From positions 27,387 through 84,206 of the forward strand of contig CAYJQH010000004.1 in the NCBI GenBank assembly GCA_964372415.1: 56,820 nucleotides of DNA, read 5' to 3'. Below are positions 10,283 through 18,620 of the stretch, one piece after another. Source of the DNA: an uncultured Gammaproteobacteria bacterium. Its GTDB lineage: Bacteria > Patescibacteriota > Patescibacteriia > UBA9934. The notes under the pieces are model-generated. The model saw only the letters and a list, made by a program, of their open reading frames with translations, was not told the DNA's origin and did no database searches. Made by a program: the position numbers and the translations under genes. Position 1 is the stretch's first letter; every line of letters starts with the position of its first letter.

Positions 10283-10318
10283 AAAAAAGTCACGACCCGT
10301 GAAGGCCGTGATTTTTTT
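10283..10318 (-). terminator. Intrinsic terminator after fusA
   Basis: ATCACGGCC-ttcacg-GGTCGTGAC stem followed by a T6 tract on the minus strand. Confidence 0.7.
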
Positions 10319-10324
10319 GTTTGT

Positions 10325-12427
10325 TTACTTTCGAATACTACCGGCACCGGTGCGTTCCTTGATAATCGCTTCCGCGACGTTGCGAGGAACTTCTTGGTAG
10401 TCAGCGAATTCCATGGAGTAGCTGGCCCGACCTTGACTCATGGAGCGTACGTTGGTGGCGTAGCCAAACATTTCAGCGAGCGGCACCACGGCGCGTACGG
10501 TTTTGACCGTTCCGCGGTCGCCCATTTCCTGAATTTGCCCACGCTTGGCGTTCAAGTCACCAACTACTGCACCCATGAATTCTTCTGGAGTGACGACTTC
10601 GACTTTCATCATCGGTTCAAGCAGAATCGGTTTGGCTTTTTTAACTGCTTCCTGGAAAGCGAGTGAGCCAGCCATTTTAAAAGCAGCTTCATTAGAGTCG
10701 ACTTCGTGGTACGAGCCATCAAAGACCGTAACTTTAGTGTTGATGAGCGGGAAACCAGCTAGCACACCCCGTTCCGAAGCTTCCTTGGCGCCCTTTTCAA
10801 CCGGGGTAATGTATTCACGCGGAATCGCGCCGCCTTTGATTTCGTCAAAGAACTGAAAGCCAGGATTTTCGGCGTCCGTATTCGGTTCAACCCTAAGCCA
10901 ACAGTGACCATACTGTCCACGACCACCAGACTGCTTAATGTACCTGCCTTCCCCTTCAGCAGTATCGCGAATAGCCTCTCGATAGCTAACTTGCGGTTTG
11001 CCAACGTTAACCTCGACACTGTACTCACGTTTCATTCGGTCCACCATGATTTCGAGGTGGAGTTCCCCCATACCGGAAATAATCGTCTGTAGGGTGTCGG
11101 TATCGGTCCGAACGTGGAACGTGGGATCCTCTTCCATGAGTTTCTGAAGGGCTACACCCATCTTTTCCTGGTCTGCCTTAGTCTTAGGCTCAATTGCTTG
11201 AGAAATTACAGGTTCCGCAAAGTTGATGGATTCCAACACCACGGGATGCTCAGGATCACACAAAGTGTTACCAGTAATCGTCCCCTTCAAGCCGACCGCA
11301 GCCGCAATTTCACCCGCAAAAACTTGGTCGACTTCTTCACGGGAATTGGCGTGTAAACGTACAATGCGCGAAATGCGTTCTTTCTCACCTGTTGAGGTGT
11401 TCAAAACGTACGTACCTGATTTGAGACTACCCGAATACACACGGAAAAACGCCAACTTGCCCACAAACGGGTCAGCTGCGATCTTAAAGGCAATGGCCGC
11501 AAATGGCGCGTCGTCTTTTGGTTCACAAACAATTTTCTTTTCTGGTTCTTCCGGATCAAAACCCTCAACTGGCGGTCGATCAAGTGGTGAGGGCAGATAT
11601 TCAACAACCGCATCTAGCATGAGCTGTACACCTTTATTCTTCAATGCTGAACCACAAATAATTGGGAAAATCTTCATGGCCACAACACCTTTACGCAAAG
11701 CCTTCTTAAGGTCAGCGACTGATATTTCTTCACCCGAGAGATAACGCTCAGTAAGCGCGTCGTCCATTTCTACGCAAGCCTCAACTAGGCGAGCACGGTA
11801 CTCTTCAGCTTTAGCTTTATGTTCTTCAGGTATTTCAACAACATCAATGTCTTTTCCTAGGTCATCCTTAAAAATGTAAGCCTTACGATCAAAAAGATCG
11901 ATGATACCTACAAAATTAGACTCAGTGCCGATCGGGAGTTGAATGGGATAGGCGTTTTTAGCAAGACGGGCATGAATTGAAGCCACGTCCTTATAAAAAT
12001 CAGCGCCAGTGCGGTCTAGTTTGTTAATAAAACAAACACGGGGCACACGGTACTTGTCGGCCTGGTGCCAAACGGTTTCTGACTGCGGCTCAACGCCAGC
12101 CACACCATCAAAAACGGTGACGCCACCATCAAGTACGCGCAGCGAACGCTCAACCTCAACGGTAAAGTCAACGTGACCAGGGGTATCAATAATATTTATA
12201 CGGTGATCCTTCCAAAAACAGGTGGTCGCGGCAGCAGTAATGGTAATACCTCGTTCACGTTCTTGCTCCATCCAATCCATCGTCGCCTCACCTTCATGGA
12301 CTTCGCCAATCTTATGTTTTTTACCGGTATAAAAGAGCACTCGTTCGGTGGTGGTGGTTTTTCCAGCGTCGATGTGAGCAATGATGCCGATGTTTCGTAC
12401 CCGATCTAGCGGATAATCGCGTTGCAT
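10325..12427 (-). CDS. fusA: Elongation factor G
   Basis: [31 protein letters not shown]-type motif. Confidence 0.99.
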   Translation of the reverse strand: MQRDYPLDRVRNIGIIAHIDAGKTTTTERVLFYTGKKHKIGEVHEGEATMDWMEQERERGITITAAATTCFWKDHRINIIDTPGHVDFTVEVERSLRVLDGGVTVFDGVAGVEPQSETVWHQADKYRVPRVCFINKLDRTGADFYKDVASIHARLAKNAYPIQLPIGTESNFVGIIDLFDRKAYIFKDDLGKDIDVVEIPEEHKAKAEEYRARLVEACVEMDDALTERYLSGEEISVADLKKALRKGVVAMKIFPIICGSALKNKGVQLMLDAVVEYLPSPLDRPPVEGFDPEEPEKKIVCEPKDDAPFAAIAFKIAADPFVGKLAFFRVYSGSLKSGTYVLNTSTGEKERISRIVRLHANSREEVDQVFAGEIAAAVGLKGTITGNTLCDPEHPVVLESINFAEPVISQAIEPKTKADQEKMGVALQKLMEEDPTFHVRTDTDTLQTIISGMGELHLEIMVDRMKREYSVEVNVGKPQVSYREAIRDTAEGEGRYIKQSGGRGQYGHCWLRVEPNTDAENPGFQFFDEIKGGAIPREYITPVEKGAKEASERGVLAGFPLINTKVTVFDGSYHEVDSNEAAFKMAGSLAFQEAVKKAKPILLEPMMKVEVVTPEEFMGAVVGDLNAKRGQIQEMGDRGTVKTVRAVVPLAEMFGYATNVRSMSQGRASYSMEFADYQEVPRNVAEAIIKERTGAGSIRK

Positions 12428-12436
12428 ATATATGGC

Positions 12437-12465
12437 GTAGGGACGGGTCGCCGACCCGTCCGTAC
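12437..12465. repeat. REP-like palindrome with GTAG foot in rpsG-fusA spacer
   Basis: GTAGGGACGGGTC-gcc-GACCCGTCCGTAC. Confidence 0.65.
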
Positions 12466-12468
12466 AAA

Positions 12469-12936
12469 TTATCGAGCCAGGTGAGCAAAGGCGCGGTTAG
12501 CATCAGCCATGCGCTGCACATCGGCACGCTTTTTAACGGCCTCGCCTTCGTTTTTAGAAGCTAGCACTATTTCGTCAGCAAGCTTGGTGCTCATCGGTTT
12601 TCCCTTCTTGGAACGTGCGGCAGTCAAAATCCAGCGATAAGCTAAAGCATAACGGCGTTCGCCACGAACCGGCATAGGTACTTGATAGTTGGCGCCACCA
12701 ACGCGTTTGGACTTAACTTCAACGGCCGGGATAACGTTCTTCATAGCCAAATCAAAAACATCGATTGGGCTTTGCTTGGTTTCTTTGCCTATGGCGTCCA
12801 TGGCTTGATAAACGATCTTCTGAGCAATCGACTTTTTACCCGAACGCATGACGTGATTAATGAGTTTCGCAACCAAAACGCTCCCGTACTTGTTGTCAGG
12901 AGCTACCTCTCGCTTGTGGGCCTGTTTGCCGCGCAT
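12469..12936 (-). CDS. rpsG: 30S ribosomal protein S7
   Basis: [20 protein letters not shown]. Confidence 0.98.
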   Translation of the reverse strand: MRGKQAHKREVAPDNKYGSVLVAKLINHVMRSGKKSIAQKIVYQAMDAIGKETKQSPIDVFDLAMKNVIPAVEVKSKRVGGANYQVPMPVRGERRYALAYRWILTAARSKKGKPMSTKLADEIVLASKNEGEAVKKRADVQRMADANRAFAHLAR

Positions 12937-12959
12937 AAGATTATATTTTCTTCGGCTTC

Positions 12960-13075
12960 GCTCTTTGGGGCATTTCGTCGTTGCGGGGCCCCGTCTCGAC
13001 CTCACCGTACTTTTCAGTACGCCTCGGTCTCGACTTCCCCGCGCCTAGAACTGCCCTCAAAGATCGAACCCTCGT
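12960..13075. repeat. ~115-bp multi-hairpin element in rpsL-rpsG spacer
   Basis: Outer tctttggggca/tgccctcaaaga, inner gcgggg/ccccgc, apical gtact-tttc-agtac, direct repeat gtctcgac. Confidence 0.65.
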
Positions 13076-13157
13076 TGTTATTATGTTTTAGAGATTTGTA
13101 TTCATTCTCGTAAACTTCCTGCGGCGGACGCAGTACTCGAGAACTCGTACAAGTTAT

Positions 13158-13583
13158 TTACTTCTTCACTTTCGGACGTTTTGCACCGTAGAGCGAGCGA
13201 CCGCGGTTGCGACCTTCAACGCCGGTGGCGTCGTAACGACCACGAACAATATGATAACGGACACCAGGCAAATCTTTTACTCGACCGCCACGAATCATGA
13301 CAATAGAGTGCTCCTGGAGGTTATGACCTTCGCCAGGAATGTAGGCAGTTACTTCAGTACCGTTTGAAAGACGAATACGAGCAATCTTTCGAAGAGCCGA
13401 GTTCGGCTTTTTAGGCGTCATCGTGGTTACCTTAACGCACACACCACGCTTAAAAGGAGCACCGTGTGGCAAAGTAGTAAATTTACGATGCAGGGTGTCC
13501 TGAGTGAATTGCATGGCCGGGGACTTTGATTTGGCCTTTTGGCTAGTCCGACCTTTGCGGATCAATTGGTTGATCGTGGGCAT
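13158..13583 (-). CDS. rpsL: 30S ribosomal protein S12
   Basis: [35 protein letters not shown]. Confidence 0.99.
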   Translation of the reverse strand: MPTINQLIRKGRTSQKAKSKSPAMQFTQDTLHRKFTTLPHGAPFKRGVCVKVTTMTPKKPNSALRKIARIRLSNGTEVTAYIPGEGHNLQEHSIVMIRGGRVKDLPGVRYHIVRGRYDATGVEGRNRGRSLYGAKRPKVKK

Positions 13584-13598
13584 AAATATAGTGGCAAG

Positions 13599-13627
13599 AT
13601 CCTAACATAGCCAAAAAATACGGTCAA
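13599..13627 (-). promoter_or_regulatory. sigma70-type promoter of the str operon
   Basis: TTGACC-17 nt-TAGGAT upstream of rpsL. Confidence 0.7.
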
Positions 13628-13637
13628 CAACATATCC

Positions 13638-13724
13638 GAGACATGCCCGAGACTCAAGACTCTAGATTCAGGTGACAAATATTACGTCTTTGATGTCTGG
13701 ATACTTGGGTCTAGGGTCTAGAGT
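13638..13724. repeat. Paired inverted heptamer array (NAGACYC)
   Basis: Left gagactc aagactc tagattc; right tract reverse-complemented tagaccc tagaccc. Confidence 0.55.
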
Positions 13725-13730
13725 TTTTAC

Positions 13731-14402
13731 TTACATCCCGGCAAGTATCTGAAGACATTGACCAGCAAGCATCTGTTCGCAGGCAAAAATAGCCGGAGTA
13801 CTAATAAAAAAGAAAATGTTGAGATTGGTGAATAAAGAAATTATGACGAGCGCTAAAAGAATTCTGGGTCCGTATACGGCTAAAAATATTCTAGCCCGAT
13901 CAAGTCTAGCGCTATAAAATACTGCGTCGAGAACTTTAGAGCCATCAAGCGGCGGAATGGGAATTAGGTTAAAAAAGAGCAGGAGGAGATTCACAAAGAC
14001 AAGCAGGGCTAGGAAGGTTGGCAGCAGGCTTTGAAAGTTAATGACCTGAGTAGCTAGAAGCGCCTGAAAAGCTAGTGTGGCAAGAAGAGCCAAAATAAGA
14101 TTAGCTGCCGGACCAGCGAACGCAATACTCATGCCGTCAATAATCGGGTTTTTTAAGTTACGCGGATCAAAAGGCACGGGCTTAGCCCAACCAAAACCCA
14201 CAAAGAGAAGCATGAGAGTGCCAACAGGATCAAGATGAGCCAAAGGATTTAAAGTCAGTCGGCCCATTTGTTCTGCGGTGGTGTCCCCTTTCCAACTACC
14301 AACGAGGGCGTGCGCAAATTCGTGCACGGTTAAAGATAAGAGGATGGCTGCAATCCAGGCAAGCGCCACGAGGGGCGAGGTGGTAAGAAGATTAAGCAGC
14401 AT
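13731..14402 (-). CDS. Site-2 protease family (peptidase M50) membrane protease
   Basis: HEFAH, LNPLAHLD, NLIPIPPLDG motifs. Confidence 0.93.
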   Translation of the reverse strand: MLLNLLTTSPLVALAWIAAILLSLTVHEFAHALVGSWKGDTTAEQMGRLTLNPLAHLDPVGTLMLLFVGFGWAKPVPFDPRNLKNPIIDGMSIAFAGPAANLILALLATLAFQALLATQVINFQSLLPTFLALLVFVNLLLLFFNLIPIPPLDGSKVLDAVFYSARLDRARIFLAVYGPRILLALVIISLFTNLNIFFFISTPAIFACEQMLAGQCLQILAGM

Positions 14403-14440
14403 AGGCTAGAAACCGACCCTGAGAGTCGTCTTTACAGTCA

Positions 14441-15736
14441 TTAGGTGAGCGTAATAAGTGCTCCAACAGCACGCAATTTACCATACAAATTTTCATACCC
14501 TCGTTCCAGGTGTTCGATACCAGTTATAGTGGACTGACCCTGAGCCACCAGGGCAGCGATAACGTAGGCTAAGCCGGCTCGAATATCAGGCACCTCAAGT
14601 GTGGTAGCGCGTAATTGAACCGGTCCTTTAATAACCGCCGAATGTTTATAGTTATGATCCCGAAAACGACAACTTATTTCGCCTAAACAATTGGTAAACA
14701 ACGTAATATCGGCCCCCATGTTTACTAAAGCATCGGCGTAAGCAAAGCGTTCTTGATAAACAGTTTCATGCACCACCGAGGTCCCTTCAGCTTGGGTAAG
14801 CGCCACAACAAACGGCTGCTGCCAATCTGTTCTAAAACCTGGAAAAGTATCAGTCTCAAGTTGTAAACCGCGATAACGAGCACTCCCCCTGAAGAGAATG
14901 CCGTCTTTCTGAACCTCAAAGCTTCCACCCAAGCGACGAACGGCATTCAAGAAAGTTACCAGATCGCGATGCTCCGCACCCTGACAAAAAATTTCGCCGC
15001 GGGTTGCGAGCGCTAAAGAACCCCACGAGGCCACCTCTATGCCGTCAGGTAATATCCGATGAACACAACCACTTAGGCTTTCAACGCCAATGACTTCAAT
15101 GTTTCTACCTGTTCCCATTTCGATAATCGCTCCCATCTTCTGGAGCATCATAATAAGCTCAACAATCTCAGGTTCGATAGCCGCGTTCCGAATAACGGTT
15201 CGTCCTTCGGCCAGCACAGCCGCGAGGAGTGTCGTTTCGGTAGCGCCGACTGAAGGATATGGCAAATCTATGACCGAGCCCTTGAGCTTCCCTTTGATTG
15301 TAGCGCGATATCCATCGTGGTCAGTTTCTATCTTTGCGCCCATTGTTTCCAAGGCGTCAAGGTGAAAATTCACTGGACGCGGGCCAATCTTGTCGCCACC
15401 CAAGGTTGGCACATACGCCTCCCCCGCCCGATGTAATAGCGGAGCGAGCGCGAGAATAGCTAATCGGTTCTTGCGTGACAGTTGCATGGCCGAAGTTGAG
15501 GCAATAGTTGAAGTTTGCAGCCTAAGCGTGTGTTCAACGAGGTCACTTTGTGCCCCGAGCATGGTTACGAGTTCGCGCGCAATGGCGGTTTCTTGCTGTA
15601 ATGGAACATTCTCAAGGACAACTTCCTCAGCTGTTAAGAGCGAAGCGATAATCATTTTAGAAGCTGCATTCTTGGCGCCAGTAATAAGCACTTCTCCCTT
15701 AAGGTGTTGCCCACCTGTAACCAAAAGATTTGGCAT
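14441..15736 (-). CDS. murA: UDP-N-acetylglucosamine 1-carboxyvinyltransferase
   Basis: GAKNA, RPVNFH, SVGAT, FPGFRTD, DIRAG motifs; GGDKIG (Asp at the usual Cys position). Confidence 0.95.
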   Translation of the reverse strand: MPNLLVTGGQHLKGEVLITGAKNAASKMIIASLLTAEEVVLENVPLQQETAIARELVTMLGAQSDLVEHTLRLQTSTIASTSAMQLSRKNRLAILALAPLLHRAGEAYVPTLGGDKIGPRPVNFHLDALETMGAKIETDHDGYRATIKGKLKGSVIDLPYPSVGATETTLLAAVLAEGRTVIRNAAIEPEIVELIMMLQKMGAIIEMGTGRNIEVIGVESLSGCVHRILPDGIEVASWGSLALATRGEIFCQGAEHRDLVTFLNAVRRLGGSFEVQKDGILFRGSARYRGLQLETDTFPGFRTDWQQPFVVALTQAEGTSVVHETVYQERFAYADALVNMGADITLFTNCLGEISCRFRDHNYKHSAVIKGPVQLRATTLEVPDIRAGLAYVIAALVAQGQSTITGIEHLERGYENLYGKLRAVGALITLT

Positions 15737-15750
15737 ATTCCGCTCAGTTA

Positions 15751-15768
15751 TACCGTAAATTTACGGTA
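15751..15768. promoter_or_regulatory. Perfect 18-bp palindrome over the putative murA promoter
   Basis: TACCGTAAA|TTTACGGTA adjoining a TATAAC box on the minus strand. Confidence 0.4.
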
Positions 15769-15779
15769 GAGACAAAACA

Positions 15780-15803
15780 CCCGTCGCTTAGCTAAGCGAC
15801 GGG
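15780..15803. terminator. Perfect 24-bp palindrome at the end of the RelA-like gene
   Basis: CCCGTCGCTTAG|CTAAGCGACGGG immediately after stop at 15804, followed by TGTTTT on the minus strand. Confidence 0.55.
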
Positions 15804-16991
15804 CTACGACTTTTGCATATTACCGTTTTCGGCTTTCCAATCGATTCCGTACCACTCGTAGGCGAACCATCGCTCGAGGATACAATCGCGAATGACGCGA
15901 TGACGGTAACCCTTGTGACCGAGCTCGTCAGTTGCGTGCTCGGCGTTCAGGTGGTCGACGAGGGCCATAATCTGGTGCTCAACTGGTGCCGCCACAATGT
16001 AGGGCCGCCGCTCGTCGTCATGACGCAGATCGTGGACTTCGCCGACGATCTTTTCTACCCGGTAGTCAGGGTGTGACTTGGGATTCGGGGGTCCCGAATC
16101 CGTCCTTTCATGAAGCGGCGGTCGCCACAGACGACGTTTAGCGATGATTACAAAACGTAATACGTCGCTCCAATCTGGCGGACGCAGGATTCCGTTCTCT
16201 TCAACCCCCACAATTACGTGCTTTAGGCCTCGCCTGTCCGTAAGTGATCCACCACGCTCAAGCTTAATGACTCCAGACAATCGATCTTTAGGCCGACTGT
16301 TGGTGTAGATGTAGTACTTGATTGAGCTATCAACGACAGCTCGACACACATATTTGATGACCCTAACCGGCTGATCGAAAGCCGGAATCTCCAGTCTGGC
16401 GTGAGCAACTCTGACTGGAAAGTCGCTGTGGACGCGCGAATGGCGACCCGAGTCGAGCGCAAAATGCACGAAGAGCGCCGCCCCCTGACCGGTCTCAAAC
16501 AGCTCCTTACCTGCCCGGATGTTGATTTGCGTCAGCTGCGCCGTAACGTCCTCGTACGGATCGGCGGCCGCGATACACATTATTTGGGTGGCGATCGTGA
16601 GTTTACGTTCGATCTCAAACTGAGCGAACAAGCTTGCGTCCTCATACATATCCATGAGGTGCCATGGATCATTGCAGGAGCCGATCTCGTCGATGGGTTC
16701 AATCTCCTTCGGGTGACCAGAGTGATCGGCCACCACCCACTCGATGCCAGCCTGAGCGTCTTCGAGGTTACGCATGAAGCGTTCGTAAAAACCAGCTACG
16801 CCAAGTCGAGCAAGACGGTCACCGGCGCCATCGCTTTGCCAATTCTTCCAGGCAATAAATGCCCGATCGCGACGTTCCACATAGCGTTGCTTGCGGAACA
16901 ATTCAAGAAGCTTGGGAATGGTTGGGTAAACCTCGTTGAAGGTTCTGATGTACGGGGGTTTGTGAGTGAAGAAGATGGGGATCTCAGCCAC
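15804..16991 (-). CDS. Divergent RelA/SpoT synthetase-domain (small alarmone synthetase-like) protein with unknown N-terminal domain
   Basis: RPKDRLSGVIK matches RxKxxxSxxxK; TDRRGLK matches DxxGxR; HPDYRV; VEHQIM resembles EIQIRT; GHKGY resembles HxxY. Confidence 0.65.
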   Translation of the reverse strand: MAEIPIFFTHKPPYIRTFNEVYPTIPKLLELFRKQRYVERRDRAFIAWKNWQSDGAGDRLARLGVAGFYERFMRNLEDAQAGIEWVVADHSGHPKEIEPIDEIGSCNDPWHLMDMYEDASLFAQFEIERKLTIATQIMCIAAADPYEDVTAQLTQINIRAGKELFETGQGAALFVHFALDSGRHSRVHSDFPVRVAHARLEIPAFDQPVRVIKYVCRAVVDSSIKYYIYTNSRPKDRLSGVIKLERGGSLTDRRGLKHVIVGVEENGILRPPDWSDVLRFVIIAKRRLWRPPLHERTDSGPPNPKSHPDYRVEKIVGEVHDLRHDDERRPYIVAAPVEHQIMALVDHLNAEHATDELGHKGYRHRVIRDCILERWFAYEWYGIDWKAENGNMQKS

Positions 16992-17049
16992 TGTCCCTCC
17001 CTAAGAAAGAACGCGAGCACAGGCTAACAAAATTTAATAAAAAAACAAT

Positions 17050-17075
17050 CCCCGACGGTGGACGTCGGGGTTTTT
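17050..17075 (-). terminator. Hairpin terminator after ndk
   Basis: CCCCGACG-gtgga-CGTCGGGG flanked by A and T tracts. Confidence 0.7.
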
Positions 17076-17078
17076 AGC

Positions 17079-17684
17079 TTATTCAAGAAACCATTCTGGA
17101 TCGTACTGCACTCGATCGTTGACGTGTTCGTACTTGTACAGCTCATTGTCAGAGAACCAAACTTTAATTTCGTGCTCTGCCTCTTGAGGAGCGCCAGAAG
17201 CGTGAATGAGGTTGCGAAGTGGTCGATTCTGCGCGTTGGCTAAAGCATAGGTATCGAGCGAGAAGTCGCCACGAATCGTGCCCGGAGCTGATGAGGCTGG
17301 TTCGGTGGCACCAACGAGTTTGCGAACGGCACTCACTGCCATCTCGCCTTCGAGTACAAGGGCGATGATAGGGGCTGACTTAAGGAAGGTGACGAGACCG
17401 TTCTTGATCTCAGTGCCGTAGGCAACGTGATCAGGGTACGGAAACGGTTGACCTTCGGCTTCGTACTTGGCTTTAGCTTTGGTAAAAACACCTTTCATCC
17501 ATTCCTCTGTCAGGGCGTAGTGCTTATCGACGTCGTCGGGTGAGGCATGAACCATCTTGATGGCCAAAAGCTTGAGACCGGCTTTTTCAAAACGGGTGAT
17601 AATTTCACCAATAACACCGCGTTGCACGGCATCGGGCTTCAAGAGAACGAGGGTTTTCTGAAGGTTGAGCGCGGCATCTGCCAT
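17079..17684 (-). CDS. ndk: Nucleoside diphosphate kinase (long form with internal insertion)
   Basis: LLKPDAVQRG, GATEP...PGTIRGDF, RNLIHAS catalytic His motif. Confidence 0.95.
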   Translation of the reverse strand: MADAALNLQKTLVLLKPDAVQRGVIGEIITRFEKAGLKLLAIKMVHASPDDVDKHYALTEEWMKGVFTKAKAKYEAEGQPFPYPDHVAYGTEIKNGLVTFLKSAPIIALVLEGEMAVSAVRKLVGATEPASSAPGTIRGDFSLDTYALANAQNRPLRNLIHASGAPQEAEHEIKVWFSDNELYKYEHVNDRVQYDPEWFLE

Positions 17685-17782
17685 ACATCGGGGGTCAATT
17701 TCTTGGCCCAAGAATAGCTGTGTTGACGAAAACCGTCAATTTTGTTAATTATCCATGTCTCGATCTTTCTAATGGAGGCACG

Positions 17783-18607
17783 ATGCGAGTCTTCATCCAT
17801 AGCGCTCTCGTGGCCGGACAAGTTCCGGACGAGAACGACTTCCGAGATGTTCTCGGGTATCTGCGAAGCGAACTGCCGAAAGTCCCGCACCTGCATGGCG
17901 CCGTCATTTTTGGCTCAGCCCTGAGTGGCAAAACCAACCTGACGAGCGACATCGATGTCTTCATCGCCCTCGATGTGCCGCGTGCCTGCTTGCTTACTGG
18001 AGCGATGGATAAACTGAGCGAACTGTCGAACACGGCGCATGATGTTTACGTGCCGGTAAGCTGGGTGCTCCACACCAAAGAGGAGCTCACCTCCGGCCAA
18101 CACACCCTGCGGCACGGTCTCATCGATCATCTGAGGTGGGCCGCCGAAAACGGCGGTGCGGTCAGCCAAAACCCCTGCCCTTTAGTGCTTCATCGCGGTT
18201 CGCGCCAAAAAGAAGCTCGAAACTACGTCATTCATGCACTTGAAAAGGCGCGTCGGGCCAGGCTTACCTGGAACGAGCTCAATGAACAGTCTCGCCACCG
18301 AGCACGAGCCAAGCTGCTCGACAAACCGCTTCATGTGGCCCGCCGGGTGCTCGAACTGCATAATCGTGAGGCCGTGAGCTGGTCAAGAAGGCAGGTCACC
18401 GCAGAACTTGGGCGTCCGACGCTCTCTGAGATCAGCGGCATCAGACACGCCTACGTAAGCGCCGTGCTGCCGGAACAGCTGCGTGAGCCAAACGCTCATA
18501 CCTATCACGATTTTCTAGAGGCTGCCGACAAGGTGCTGTTCCAGATTGTGCCGAAGTTCTACAACGACATGTTGGAAAATGAACTTCTGAACTCTCCCCG
18601 CAACTAA
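17783..18607 (+). CDS. Pol-beta superfamily (minimal) nucleotidyltransferase domain protein with helical C-terminal domain
   Basis: GAVIFGSALSGKTNLTSDIDVFI fits GS-x10-DxD; GGAGG RBS before ATG 17783. Confidence 0.7.
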   Translation: MRVFIHSALVAGQVPDENDFRDVLGYLRSELPKVPHLHGAVIFGSALSGKTNLTSDIDVFIALDVPRACLLTGAMDKLSELSNTAHDVYVPVSWVLHTKEELTSGQHTLRHGLIDHLRWAAENGGAVSQNPCPLVLHRGSRQKEARNYVIHALEKARRARLTWNELNEQSRHRARAKLLDKPLHVARRVLELHNREAVSWSRRQVTAELGRPTLSEISGIRHAYVSAVLPEQLREPNAHTYHDFLEAADKVLFQIVPKFYNDMLENELLNSPRN

Positions 18608-18620
18608 GCGGGGTTTCTTT

